NCBI GenBank assembly: GCA_000004695.1
Contig: CM000153.2
Coordinates: 1,824,001 to 1,888,000, forward strand
Direction of reading: 5' to 3'
DNA length: 64,000 nucleotides
From: Dictyostelium discoideum
Taxonomy: Eukaryota
In this document: in pieces, positions 26,487 through 40,421 of the stretch
Layout of the letters: each line of letters begins with the position of its first letter
Position numbering within the stretch: position 1 is the stretch's first letter
Translations under genes and position numbers: made by a program
The notes under the pieces: generated by a model
Seen by the model: the letters and a program-made list of their open reading frames with translations, nothing else
What the model was told of the DNA's origin: nothing
Database searches by the model: none

Positions 26487-26730
26487 AAATTTTTTTTTTT
26501 TTTTTTCTTCAAATGGGTCATGAATCAAGATGACGAATGTGGTAAATTGAGCGAGGTTGTGTGTGATTGAGCGAATAGGTGTTTTTATTTCTTTAAAAAA
26601 CAAAACAAAATAAAAAAAAAATATTCTTACATCCGATAAAAAAAAAAAAATAAAAAAAATAAAAAAAAAGGTGTATTTGAACTAACTGTTATTATTTTTT
26701 TTATGAAAAAGATCATAGCCTTTAATAAAC

Positions 26731-26763
<33 letters not shown>

Positions 26764-27043
26764 GCAATTATTTGGGAATCCAAATGGTGGTGACAATATG
26801 TTTAAATTAATAAAAATTTTTACTTTTTTTTCTTTTTTTTTTATATGTATATGAAAAAAACAATATAAAATATAATTTAAATTTAGACTATAAATGTAGA
26901 TTTGTTATAAATATATAAATATATATAAATATAAATATAAATTTAATGTAAATATCTTTTATTAACTATAAAAATACAAATTGTACTGATATTGACAACG
27001 AATATGAATAAAGAAAAGAAAAAAAAAAGTTTTTTTTATTTTT

Positions 27044-27080
<37 letters not shown>

Positions 27081-27675
27081 TGCTTGAAAATTAAAATTAA
27101 AAAATTAAAAAAACTTTTTTATACGGTCACTTGATTTTGAAAAATATCTTCAAAAATCTTTGCATTTTTCATATAAAAATTTTCTTGCCAACTGCTAAAT
27201 CTCTTTTTATACTTTCATGGCTTAAAGAAAATTTTTTTTTTTTTTTCAGTTGCACTTCCATTTTCTATTTCTTTTCATAAAGGCATAATACCAAATAAAT
27301 AAATAAATAAATAAATAAAAAAAAAATAAAAAATAATAAAAAAAATAAAAATAGAAAGCATTTGCAATAAAAAAAAAATAAATTAATATTTTAAAAATAA
27401 CTTTTTCTTCTTTAATTATTAAATTTATTTATTTAACCAGATTCGGGAGTCCCTAAATTTTATTGGTTTTCATTTTATTTTATTTTATTTTATTTTTTTA
27501 TTTTTATTTTGGTGACAAGCCATTGAGAAAATTAAAAAAAATAAAAAAAAATATTTTTTTTTATTTTTATTTTTTTTAACAAAAATACTTTTTTTTAAAT
27601 TTTTTTTTTTTTTTAAAAGAAACAAATAAAATCATATTTTTTTTAAAAAAAAAAAAAAACCCCACCACCACAAAA

Positions 27676-30468
27676 ATGAAATCCTCAAATGGTGTCGGTT
27701 GTACCGATTCTGTAAGTGTGTCTAATCTATTCAATTAATATAAATCTATAACTATTTCTAACTCTTATTTTATATATTTTTTTTATACATTTATTTTATA
27801 CATTTATTTTCGTATATCATAAATTTTATTAATTTAGATACAAGGATATTTATTTAAAAAAGGAAATTCATCTCTATTATCTTCATCATCAACATTATGG
27901 AAGAAGAGATGGTTTTCTTTAGAAAATGGTAGTACAACATTAAAATATTTTAAAAATTCAAGCGATGAATCACCAAAAGGTTCAATTAATATTCAATTAA
28001 TTGAATCAATTGATATTTTAACAACAACTACCACCACCACCACAACCACCACTACATTTGGAAATAAAGATAATACTAATAACAACAACAACAACAACAA
28101 CAACAATAATAATAGTAAATATTATTTCGATTTAAAAATTAAATCAAGAGTTTATCATTTATATTCTGAAACTGAAAGAGAAAGAGATTATTGGAATGTA
28201 AATTTAAATTTATCAATTTTAAAATCAAAAGAACCCTCACCCTCACTCTCACCACAATCACAAGTAAGACCAAGATCATACACTTTACCATCACCAACAC
28301 CAACAATTGTATTAGCAGAACCATCACCATCACCATCACCAACACCACTTCCACCACTACCAATACCACCAAATAATAAAACTAAACCTCCTCTTCCGCC
28401 AAAACCAATTTCACAACAACAACAACAGCCTGTACAACAACAACAACACCAACAACAACAACAACAACACCCAACAACAAATACTAATACCAATGGTAAT
28501 AGTAATAATAATAATGTAATTTTAAATAAAAAACAACAACAACAACAACAACAACCTGTAAAACAAAAAGAAATTGAAAATGAAGAAAATTTCGAATATG
28601 AAGATGATGATATTAGTTTATGTGGAGCAAAAAGAAAAGATTTTATAAAGAATCATTCTAGTGGATATATTACAAGTATGGTAGGAGTTACAAGATCAAA
28701 GATATGGTGTGGAGATTCTCAAGGTAATATTTGCACTTTCACATTGAGTAGAAATGGAAGTGGTGCTAATGGAATAACGGATAAAGTTAAGAAAGGATCA
28801 CAATGGAAAGAACATACTCTTATGGTAACCTCATTGGTTTATGTACCATCTCAAAAATTAGTTTACAGTTCATCATTAGATGGTAAAATTTGTGCTTGGG
28901 ATAGAACTGATTATAGTTTACTATTCTCTCATTCAAGTAAATTCCCAATTTATGATATGTTATTTAGTAAAAATGATTTATTAGTTTATTGTGGTGGTAT
29001 TTCATCATCACAACAACAACAACAACAACAACAACAAAATCAAAATCTACAAAATCAAAATCAAAATTTATCATTATTTGATACAGTTACAAAAGAAGAG
29101 ACAGAAATACCATTTCAATCATTTTTACCAAATTTATATAACAATGGTAATAGTGGGAATAAAAAAAGAAAATTTATAAAAATGGTAAAATTTGATGAAA
29201 AAATTATAATTTGTACAGATAGATGTGAAATTATAGTTTGGAGTCCATGGGATAATGAAATTTGTAAATATGTTAAAATTAATAATTCATATGATATTAC
29301 TGCAATGAATGTTGTTGGTGAGAATCTATGGATATGTACAACATCAGATACGAATGGTAATATATTTTCAACAACGAATCCGTGTTTGGTGATAGTGTTA
29401 TCAATTAAAACAGCATTGAAAAGGGTTAAAAGTTTTGAGTGTAGACATCCAATATCGCAATTTACATTGGTCAATGGTTACGTTTGGGCAATCACTCGTG
29501 ATTACATAACAGTTTATGAACAGAATACAGCTCAATTAGCCTATGAAACAATTATACTTAAAGAAGATATGAACTTTAAATTATTATATAATTTTAATAC
29601 TGTTTGGGTTGGTGGTACTTGGTTATTTAGATTTCAAATATTTAATAATTGGATTAGAGATAATTTAGAATATACAACTAACTCATCATCATCACCGGAT
29701 AAATCAGCAGCATCATCATCAGCAATTTCAATTAATATTCAACCAATTTCAGATTATTCAGATTTTGATAATGTTTTAAATGTTTTAGAATTAATTAAAG
29801 AGAGATTACAATATGATCATTGTAATCAACTTTATGATATTCTATTGGGTATTTGTGAGAATGATCAATTGAATTTAACAGATTTTAAAATATTAACATC
29901 AAAAAGTTTTAGATGGTTTGGTAGAAATCAATGTTCTTCAGTTATGCGTGAGTCAATTGTATCTGATAATAATAGAGTTTATAGAATTTCAAGAGTTTTA
30001 TCAAACTATTTACAACAATCAAATATTAAAGACTATTATATAAATATTAGAGAAAGTAGTAATAATATTACAATTAATGGTAGTGGTAGTGGTAATGGTA
30101 GTATTAATAGTAGTAATGGTAGTATAAATAATAGTGGTGGTAGTAATAGTAGTGGTTATAATAGTAATGTCATATTCATTTATGAAACATTAAAAACTGT
30201 TGAATATTTAGTTTCAAATTTTGATAAATTTTCAAAACAATTTCAAATTCAACAACAATTCATTGAAACTATTATTAAATTTACAACTCTATCATTACCT
30301 TCAAATAGATTAATCGTTTCAATTTCATTAATAATTTTATATCATTTATTAAATTCAAATGGTAATAATTTATTAAATATTTCATCCTCATCATCATCAC
30401 CCTCATCATCACCAAATCTATCAATAAATGATGGTTTAATAACTACTACTCCAACTTCAACTAATAAT

Positions 30469-30511
<43 letters not shown>

Positions 30512-31620
30512 ATAATTCAAGTTCAAGTGTAACAAAAAAAATTAAAGAAAATTTTAAAGTTAATAAAAATAAAGATAAAGATAAAGAAAGTAAAGGAAAT
30601 AAAGAAATTAATAACAATAGTAAAGATAATATAAAAGAGAATACTATAAAAGATATTGGTGGTAATAGTTTATATAATAATTTAAAAGATAAAGTAAAGT
30701 TATATCTATCAGTATTCTTTGATCAATCAATTGATGATAAAACTAAAATATCAATAATTAATGTTCTTTCAAGATTTCCAACAGAATTAAAAGAACAATT
30801 TAAAAAAGAGCTTTATTTAAATTCAACTTTTCAATTATTAAATCAAGGTATATCATTGGTTTGTAATGATTTAATTATAATCATGAATCAAATTTTAATT
30901 GATTCACCAAAAATTAAAGATCAAATTATAAAATATGTACCAAATTTATTAAATTTATTAGATCAAAAACAACAACAACAACCAATTAATGATAGAATTA
31001 GAATTTTTCAAATTATGTCAAATCCAACATTTATTCAAAGATCATATAATAATAATAGTATTGGTAATAATAATAATGATAATAAAAAATTAAAGAATAG
31101 AAAAGTTATAATTTCAAGTAATTTTAAATCACCAATTGAAAGTATTTTATTCACTATAAATTCAATTTTACATTCATTAAAGAGTACATCATTTAGGGGT
31201 TTAAAAATTACGATTTTAGATATAATTGTACCAAAAGAATTTAATCAAGATTTATTATCATCAATTAATGGTTCGATAATAAATTTAAATTTCATTTTAC
31301 CAAATCAAAGCTTTGTTTCAACAATTAAATTTAAATTTAATCCAAAGGATTTAGCAATTAAAGTGGCTTTTCAATTGGGTGTATCGGTTGGTGAGACCAC
31401 AATTTCAAATTTCTCAATCACTGGTGATCTTCAATTAGGTTTCACTCTAGGTACTGCTAAACCTGAATATATCTCTTTCTTGGAGGATCCAATCATTAAC
31501 TTTGATTTCGATTCAACTGGTGTTATCAATTTAATTGATAAATTTGTTAAACCAATCTTAAAAAAATCAATTAGAAAGAGATTAGTTCATCCAAATAGAT
31601 TTTATTTACCAAGTTCTTAA
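27676..31620 (+). CDS. Large (~1270 aa) PH-domain protein with proline-rich linker, WD40-like repeat region and long low-complexity C-terminal region
   Basis: Exon 1 is 27676..27711 (AAAAATG; MKSSNGVGCTDS), with donor GTAAGT at 27712. A 126-nt intron ends TTTAG at 27837. Exon 2 is 27838..31620, open the whole way (the ORF track starts only at the first Met, 28678). The PH-domain pattern is GYLFKKGNS…WKKRWFSLENGSTTLKYFKNSSDESPKGSINI…YYFDLKIKSRVYHLYSETERERDYWNVNLNLSI. WD-like segments include VTSLVYVPSQKLVYSSSLDGKICAWDRTDYSL. Confidence 0.65.
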
Positions 31621-31899
31621 TAGGAAGAAAAAAAATAAAAAAAAAAAATAAAAAAAAAAATAAAAAAATAAAGAGTTAAAAAGAAAAAAACAATTATTAT
31701 TTAAAAAGAGTTGACGGTTGAAATTCTCAGAGTTTTTTTGATTTTTACCAAAAAAAAAAAAAAAAAAAAAAAAAAATATCTAGATATTTTGAAGTTTTTT
31801 TTTTTTTTTTTTTTTGAATTTTATTTCAAAAATTTTGATCAAAATTTATTTATTTTTTTTTTTTTTTTTGGATTTTATGTTTTTTTAGTTTATTAAAAA

Positions 31900-32142
31900 A
31901 TGAAATCAATTTCTTTTATTTGTTTATTAATTATTGGATTTTTATTAATTGGAAATAGTTTTGCTAACGATTCAATTAAATCAGATGAAATCACATGTAA
32001 TTTGTGTAATGCTATTGTAGGATTTGCAGAAAAATATGTTACTACAAATGCTACTGAACAAGAATTAATTAAAAAACTTGATGACTATTGCGGAATATTA
32101 CCATCAGAATTTAGTCAATCTGTATTTATCATCTTTTTTTTA

Positions 32143-32187
<45 letters not shown>

Positions 32188-32883
32188 AATTCCATTTTAT
32201 TTATTTTATTAAATTTTTTAAAGTGTGTTGAAACAGTTAATAACTATGGTGTATTAATTATTAGATTATTAATTAATAAAGAAGATGCAGATAATATTTG
32301 TATAATGATTGAATTATGTCCAAAATCATCATCATCATCACCATCATTATTTTTAATTAATGAGAATAATAGTAATAGTAATGGCACAGATTGTGAAATT
32401 TGTACATTCATTACTAAATATGCTGAAAATTTATTAGAAGCAAATAAAACAATTGAAGATATTGTAAAAGTTGTTGATGATTTCTGTAAAGTTTTACCAT
32501 CTCAATATAAGACTGATTGTGTTGCCATGGCTTCAAATTATATTCCAGCAATTGTTAAAATGTTGGAGAACAATTATAATGCAGAACAAGTTTGTCAAAA
32601 GTTAAGTTTTTGTTTACCACCACCACCACCATCAACTGAAGGTACCACTCTATGTGATCTTTGTTTAGATTTCGCTAATGATGCTATTGAAATTGTTGAA
32701 AATTCAGGTGATGTTGAAGCACAACTTTTAAAAGAATGTAAATACTTTTTCTCATTCATACCAACAATTGAAAATCAATGTGAAAAAATTATAAGTGAAA
32801 ATTTTGATGCAATTGTTAATGAAATTCAAGATCACATAAATCCAACCTCTCTTTGCCAAAATTTCCTCCATATTTGTAATTAA
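31900..32883 (+). CDS. Secreted saposin-like (SAPLIP, amoebapore-like) protein with three saposin-B domains; signal peptide
   Basis: Signal peptide MKSISFICLLIIGFLLIGNSFA. Three six-Cys saposin-B patterns are present (CNLCNAIVGFAEKYV…DDYC…CVETV…NIC…ELC; CEICTFITKYAENLL…DDFC…CVAMASNY…QVC…SFC; CDLCLDFANDAIEIV…KECK…CEKIIS…SLC…HIC). An in-frame 102-nt A-rich intron (32122..32223; donor GTATTT is non-canonical; acceptor TTTTAAAG) removes the ORF-track FIIFFLQKKKKKKK segment. Exons are 31900..32121 and 32224..32883. Confidence 0.65.
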
Positions 32884-33620
32884 TCATTTGATTAATAAAT
32901 ACAAATATATTTATATCACTAAAATTTAAAATAAAATAAAATAAAAATAAAAGTGAAAATAAAAACATTCTTGGTATTGTAAAAAACCTCTTACATATGT
33001 CGCACCTGGCTATATAGTCCTTGGAAGCCTTCTTCTGTATAAAAAAACATTTAAAAAAAAAAAAAAAATTAAATTATTTGACAAAATGGATGGCAAAAAT
33101 GTATATTTAGATATGTATTTATTTTTTTTATTTATTTTCTTTTTTTTATTTTTGGATTTAAACTTTTTATTTTTTTTTTTTTTTTATGAATATTTATTAT
33201 TTTAATTTTTTTTTTTTTTTTAATTATATATTTAAAATATTTTATTTTTAGAAATTTTACTGACCTTACCTAGTTTTTATAAAATTGGAGCACAAAAATA
33301 TGGAAAATGTAATAAAATTTAAAAAATGTGGATGTAAATAATTTTTAATTAAAAAAATAAAAAAATTCAAAAAACATTCATTTTTTTTATATTTTTTATG
33401 ATTTTGTGTATTTTTGAGTGCTCTATTTATCCATACTAATTCCATATTAAAAATAAATAATATTAAATCTTTATTTTTAAAAAATAAAAATAAAAATAAT
33501 AAAAAAAAAAAAATGAAATTGTTTATTTTTTTTTTTTTTTAATTTTCATTTTCATTTTTTAATTTTTTTTTTTTTTTTTTATTTTTTTTTTTTTTATTCA
33601 TTTTTTATTAGACACATTCA

Positions 33621-34168
33621 ATGATTTCATTTAAAACTTTAAATAAATTAAAGATACAACAATTATTTTCTATAAAAAATAAGAGTTTTTACTCAACATC
33701 TTCACCTATATCATCAACAGTAAATAGTAGTGGTAATGATAATATTGATATTGAAAATGACAAAGAAATAAAAAAAAAGAATAGATTGATTGTAAAGGAT
33801 TTATATAAGCAAGTATGTTTTTTTTTTTTAAAGAAATAATAAATAATAAAAATAATAAAAATATTAATAAAATGAAATTCTAAAAAATAAAAACAAAAAA
33901 AAAGTTAATGTATCTTGGAAGAGTTGGATTTTTAGGTGTTGATTATATAAGAGATAAAGCAAAACCACAATTTATTTCAAATGCAAATTTAACAGATAAT
34001 AATAAAATAAATGAATGTATAGAAAGAACAAAATATGTAATCAAAGAGATCGAAGCAATGAATAGGTTTCATAAATATAGAAATTTAAAAAAGTCATATG
34101 ACCTTGAATTTCAAAAAGTAAATGATAATTTTTTAAATTTAGATAATGATCAAAATAAAATAAAATAA
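33621..34168 (+). CDS. Small (~151 aa) protein with a predicted mitochondrial presequence; weak LYR-motif / Complex1_LYR-like resemblance
   Basis: Exon 1 is 33621..33812 (MISFKTLNKLKIQQLFSIKNKSFYSTSSPISS…KNRLIVKDLYKQ), with donor GTATGT at 33813. A 92-nt intron ends at the acceptor AG at 33903-33904. Exon 2 is 33905..34168 (LMYLGRVGFLGVDYIRDKAKPQF…QNKIK*). The LYK…R…F spacing is only suggestive. Confidence 0.5.
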
Positions 34169-34814
34169 AATAAAATAAAAATTGTTTATAAAAAAAAAAA
34201 AGAAAAAACTAGATTTTAAGATATTTTTAAAAAAAATCATTTGACAAATTTTGGTTGGGTGAATAAATGATGATTTTATTTTCGAAAAAAAAAAAAAATT
34301 AATTAAAATTAATTAAAATTAAATATAAAAAGATTTTTTTTGGATGATGATTGTGGAATTTTTTCATTAAAGTTCTTTGCAGATTTGAGAGTAAAAATAA
34401 AAAAAAAAAAAAAAAATTAAAAAAATAAAAAAAATAAAAAATTGAAATGAAAATGAAAAAAAACAATTATTTTAGATATTTTTTAAACAATTGATCAAAA
34501 TTTTTTTTTTTTTTTATTTATTTTTTTTTTTTTATTTTAAAAAAAATCTTTTTTTTTTATTCACCCTTCATTTTTTTTTTTTTTTTTTTCCTACAATTTA
34601 TCCATAGGCACTATGTTTTTATAGAAAAATTCCCTTTTATTTACAAAAATTTTTTTTTTTTTTTTTTTTTTATTTTGCTGTGATCGTTTTTTTTTATTTT
34701 TTTTGTTATCAAAAATTAAAAAAATTAATTATAAAAAAAAAAAAATAATAAAAATAGAAAAATAAAAATAAAACCACCCACTCACACCAAAATATTATAA
34801 AAAAAAAAAAATAG

Positions 34815-34845
<31 letters not shown>

Positions 34846-34930
34846 ATAATATTAAAATTGCACACACACTCACTTACTCACTCTCACATCAAAAAATAAT
34901 AAAAATAAAAAACAAATAAATAAATAAATA

Positions 34931-35145
34931 ATGGCATTAAAATATTTTAATTATGATGTTATACATTTAGTATTATCATTCCTATATTTCCTTGTATCTA
35001 TATTTTGTGTATTTAGTTTTATAAAAAGACCTAAAAAACAACAAAATACACAGCAATTCATTTTTTATCCTCTACTCTTTTTAGGGGTTATAGGTAAGAG
35101 TCATAACTTTTCTCTCTAAAAACAACAATAATAATAATAATTATT

Positions 35146-35230
<85 letters not shown>

Positions 35231-36087
35231 TATAATTCAATTAACATATTATATTTATTATTTATTATTTATTATATAATAGTTAGATCAGTATTTATGT
35301 TTTTACAACCATTTGTTAGAGAAAAGTCAATAGTTATACCAAACCAAGCTAATGTATTATTGAATACATTACCATCATTTACATTTTTTTCAACATATTT
35401 AATAGTATTATTTATATGGGTAGAGATTTATATGATCTCATATGGTTCAATGATGAGATCAATAAAGAGTTTACCAATCATTTTCAATATATCCACATGT
35501 ATTATGTATATTGTATTGATAATTTTGTATATATTGGATTTTACATTGTATAAATTGGACTACAGTACAGTCTCAACCTTTACAACATTACCAGAGATAA
35601 TCATTGGTTATTATGATGTTGGTTGCTTTATTTTAGCAAGTTTTTTATTTTTATTTTTTGGTATTAGTTTAGTAGTAAAATTTAGACATCAACAAAAGAA
35701 TTTTGCTGAAGATAAAAGAAAAGTAATCTTACGAAGAATCACTTTTTTAACTGGTTTAATTTGTTGTTGTTTCCTTTTACGTGCTGCTATAACTTGTTTT
35801 GCTCTTATTGATTTACATTTAATTTCTGGGGTAATCTATCTATATATATATAAAATTAATTAATTAATTAATTAATAATAATAGGTGTGTAAAAGTAAAA
35901 TAAAATATTAACTTTTTTATTTTTTAATTTTTAGTATTGGTGGTGGTTTGATGGAGCTTATTTTACAGTTTTAGAGATTGTACCATTATCGATTATGCTT
36001 TATTTACTTCAAATGGATAGAAATAAAACTAGAATACCATCGGAATATAACGAAAAAACTTCTTTAATTAATTCAAACTCTGCATAA
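34931..36087 (+). CDS. Seven-transmembrane protein of the TOM1/THH1 (DUF1084, tobamovirus-multiplication-protein-like) family, three exons
   Basis: Exons are 34931..35093 (donor G|GTAAGA), 35283..35830 (donor GTAATC) and 35935..36087. Intron 1 is 189 nt and contains (TAA)n at 35141-35230. About 287 aa with multiple hydrophobic helices. The conserved C-terminal segment YWWWFDGAYFTVLEIVPLSIMLYLLQ resembles the family signature YY..VEI.PS.LVLFILR. Confidence 0.6.
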
Positions 36088-36276
36088 TAACCATAGTTAA
36101 AGTTATAATGTTAAACATTTTAAAACAAAGAAAGAAAAAAAAAAAAAAAAAAAAAAATAATAATAATAATAATGTATAAAGTAAAAAATAAAAATAAAAA
36201 AAAAGTATATATATTATATATATATATAAAATAATATAAAACTCTTTTTGTTTTTTTAATTTTTTTTAATTTTTTT

Positions 36277-37465
36277 TTAAATAATATTATAATTTGAGGA
36301 AATTGGTTTATTTGAAGTTCTAATTGCAGTTCTTAAGATAGCAGATTTTGATCTTGGATTCCATTCGAGCTCTTCTTTACTTGGGAAAATAGGTGATTTA
36401 TAGGTTGGAGAGAATTTAAAAGTTGGTTCTTCAATTGTTGTATATTTATTTAAATATTGTTTAACAATTCTATCTTCAATTGAATGAAATGAAATTGCTA
36501 ATAGTGGTGAATTTGGTTCTAATAATTGTTCACCTTGAGTTAAACCAATTTTAATTTCATTCAATTCATCATTTACAAACATTCTCAATGATCTGAATAC
36601 TCTTGATATGGTTTTTAATGCCATTGGATAAGGTATTGATGATTCTACAATCTTTACTAAATCACTTGTATTCTTTATTGGTTCAATCTTTCTCTTTCTT
36701 AAAATTTCATTTGCTATATTTTTAGTATGTTTCTCTTCACCATAATAAAAGAAAATATCTCTTAAATCTTTCTCTGAAAATGTATTAATTATATCATATG
36801 CAGTAATTTGTGAACTATTTTGATTCATTCTCATATCTAATGGTCCTTCTAATTCTTTTCTATAATTAATTATTTATTTATTTATTATTAGTATATATTT
36901 TCTGTATGTCTGTGAGTGTGTGTGTGTTTATATTATTAACTTACTTAAAAGAGAATCCTCTATCAGCTGTATCAATTTGATAACTTGAAACACCAAAATC
37001 ATAAAGGATACCAGATATTTTAAGATGATCTAGGTTTTTTTCTTTTAGCGCAGATCTCATTGAACTAAATGTACTATTTATAGTGATTAAACGATCTTTA
37101 AATTCTGATCTTAATGGTTTTGTCATTTCAAAAACTTTTGGATCTCTATCAAATGCAATCACATAACAATCTTTACAAGTTTCTAAAATACCTCTTGAAT
37201 GTCCACCCATACCAAATGTTGCATCTATATAAACTTTATTTGGTTGTGGATTTAGTATCTCTAAAACTTCTTTAATAAAAACTGGTTTATGAATTTTATA
37301 ACTTTCATATTCTTTATTTACATATTGTTGAACTAATGTATTATTATCATTACTACTATCAATATTGATATCCTCTACATTTTTCACTTTTTTATTTGAA
37401 TAATTTCTTTTTAATATTTGTTGAAATCTAATTAAATTATTATTATTATTAAATAATTTTATCAT
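36277..37465 (-). CDS. 16S rRNA (cytosine-N4)-methyltransferase RsmH/MraW family (mitochondrial METTL15-like), two exons
   Basis: Exon 1 is 36945..37465 (MIKLFNNNNNLIRF… IDATFGMGGHSRGIL …AFDRDP… ILYDFGVSSYQIDTADRGFSF, phase 2), with donor GTAAGT at 36944. An 85-nt intron precedes exon 2 at 36277..36859 (K-KELEGPLDMRMNQNSSQITAYDIIN…SFHSIEDRIVKQY…). The hallmark RsmH motifs DLGVSS.Q.D…RGFSF and GPLDMRM are both present. About 367 aa. Confidence 0.8.
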
Positions 37466-37655
37466 AATTTTTTAAAAAATAAAAATAAAAAAAAAAAGTA
37501 AAACGAAAAAAAAAAAAAAAAAAAAAAAATAAAATAAAATAAAATAAAATAAAATTAATTTCTTACCAAAAAAAAACCACTAAATTGGGGATATTAAGTG
37601 TGATATTATTATAAAATATGAAATTATTTGAATTATTTTTAGGTTTTATTTATTT

Positions 37656-37709
<54 letters not shown>

Positions 37710-38285
37710 AGTATAAAAATAATTTCCTTTTTCGAAATTAATTTTTTTATTTATTTATTTATTTATTTTTTTTTTTAATTTCATATTCAAATTTTGTAGA
37801 TCTGTTGTTGATTTTATTTGTTTTGAATTCAGTTAAAATTAAAATTAATTTTTTTTTTTTTTCTTATTATTTTTTCAAATAATTTATTTTCAATTAACAG
37901 TAATTCTTAACATTATTTTTTAAAAAAAAAAAAAAAAAAACACATACATATATATACTAAAAACCCATATTAAAATTTATTTATTATGAACTATAAAAAA
38001 AAAATAAATAAAAAAAAAAATTATTTGAAATATTATTTATTTATAAAAATTTTTAAATTTTCAATATTAAAATAATATTTAAATAATATTTGTTTTTTTT
38101 TTTTATCTATATTGTTTTTTTTTTTTTTTTTATCTATTTTTTTTTTTTTTTTATATTATAATTTTTTAATTTATATTTAAAAGTAATAATAATAATAGTA
38201 ATAATAATAATTTTTTCTTTTTCTTTTTTTTAAAAACACACATATAAAATAATAAAAATAATAATAAATAATAGTAATTTAAGAA

Positions 38286-39782
38286 ATGTTTTTAACAAGT
38301 ATATTATATACAATTATAATAATTTTAATATTCTATAAAGGTTTAGAAGTAAATTATTTTTAATTAATTAAAATTCATATATTTTTTTTTTTTTTTTTTG
38401 AAATATAATTTCTAACATTTATTTTTTTATTTTTAGTATTTAATTGAAAAAAGATCATTCCCTTTAGTACACCCAATTAAAGGTGTTATGAATGGTACAA
38501 AACCATATTTTATATTTGGTGATTTACCATTTCAAAGATTATTAAACCTTAAACCAAAATTAAAAGAACTAGGAAGTATTTATTTTAGATGGTTCTTTTG
38601 GTATCCAATAGTTGAAATTAAAGATATAAATGCAATTCAATATGTTTACAATGAAAAGTCAAATAATTATAGTCTTTATTGGAATTTAAATAAATCTAGT
38701 AATTTCATTTTAACAGGTTCAGAAATTAAAAGATTCTTTAGAATTTATTATTGTGCATTCAATTGTAAAGATTCATTACAAAGAATTATGCCAGTTATAA
38801 AATCACAAGTTTTTGATTTCATTCATTCTCACAAATTTCAAAATTCAACATTATCAACAAATGATGATGTTACAAATGTAATTTTTTTCAATTATTATTA
38901 TTAATATTATTAATATTATTTATTAATTTTTTTTTTTTTATTTCGAAAAAGTTTATGTTAAAATTATTAAGTAGAGTTTATTTAGGTAGTAGTGATGAAG
39001 CATATCATTGCTTTAAAGCAAATTATAAAAAATTTAATAAGAGTTATTTAGACTTTTTTCATTATTTATTTCCAACATTATTAAAGATACCAAGTAAATT
39101 CTCAAGAAAATATATAAAGAATAAGAATAAGAGAGCTTTATATCAAGTGTTAGCAATGAAAGCTTATTATGGTGTTGTTAAACAATCAAGTGATGATCAT
39201 ATTGAAGAATCAATGATAAATATAATAGCAGAGACAAGTTATAATGATAAAGAGGGGTTATCTCTTGAAGAGATAAAAATGCCATCCTATTTATTAAATG
39301 CATCCTCAATTAAAGGCCCAATGATAATGGTAGAGAATTTAATGTTTCAATTGATAGAAAAATCAGAGATTGAAAGTAAAATTCGTAAAGAGATTAAACT
39401 TGTATTTGAAAAGAATGGTAAAGATGTAAATTCATTTGATTTTGATGATATAATGGAAATGAAATACTTAGAAGCAACATTGGATGAAATTAATAGATTA
39501 TATCCACCATTTCCAAAATTAATGCCACGTCAAACTAAAGAATCTGATAGAATCTTAGGATATCATATACCAAAGGGTACCATGATATCATGTCCTGTCG
39601 CTGATATACTTAGAGATCCTTCCAATTTTCAAGACCCATTAACATTTAAACCAGAACGTCAATTAATTTTCTCAAATCCTAAATTTGCATCACCATCGAT
39701 TACTTCAATTCAAGAAATTAATGGATTAAGTAGTTCTTCTTCAAATTCATTTGCATTACATCATAGATCATTACCATCAATT

Positions 39783-39858
<76 letters not shown>

Positions 39859-40421
39859 GCAATAACAACAGCATCAACGGTAACAATAAAAACAATAATA
39901 GAAATTGTATTCAATCTTTTAATAATTCAGCACTTAAAAAATCATTTTTATCTGATAGTTCCTCAATTATTGATAATATAGTTGGTACAAATCGTGTTGA
40001 TAAATTAAAATTAGATTCTTTAAATGAAAATAGCAATATTAATAATAATAATAATAAAGATTTATTAAATGTACCAAATATAATTGAAATTAATAAAAAT
40101 AATCCAATTTCAAATAATAAATATAATTCTTATAATAATTTAACAATTGAAGAAAGAAATCAAAGAATTATTAAAAATTTACCATGGGGTATTGGTAGTA
40201 AAAAATGTTTAGGTAAAGAATTGGCAAAATTAATAGTAAAAACAATAATTGTCATACTTTATTCTCAATATACTTTTGATAAACATCTCGATGAAAATGA
40301 TGAAGAATTATGTGATACTAATAATCAACCTAAAATTCAAATAACTTTTAATCCAGAAATTAAACCACCTTTATTACTTAAATCAAGAAAATTATTTTCA
40401 ATTTCTCAACCAAAACAATAA
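38286..40421 (+). CDS. Cytochrome P450 monooxygenase, three exons, with a ~35-residue poly-Asn insertion before the haem-binding loop
   Basis: Exon 1 is 38286..38348 (MFLTSILYTIIIILIFYKGLE, membrane anchor; donor GTAAAT). Exon 2 is 38437..38877 (…PLVHPIKGVMNGTKPYFIFGDLPFQ…; donor GTAATT). Exon 3 is 38952..40421. Motifs: I-helix IIAETS, K-helix EATLDEINR (ExxR), haem-binding PWGIGSKKCLGKELA (FxxGxRxCxG type). The (AAC)n tract at 39784-39860 encodes poly-N. Confidence 0.75.

Noticed and set aside
26520-26590. C/D-box snoRNA idea for the GC-richer patch (AGATGA present)
   Set aside because: No D box (CUGA) and no terminal stem. It is retained only as a generic 'possible ncRNA/regulatory island' finding.
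32122-32223. Alternative that the saposin-like gene has no intron (continuous ORF through FIIFFLQKKKKKKKKKKKKKTNSILFILLNFLK)
   Set aside because: The A27 run and hydrophobic junk would sit inside the first saposin fold, between Cys3 and Cys4. Removing the in-frame 102-nt segment restores a canonical 6-Cys saposin-B domain, although the GTATTT donor is atypical.
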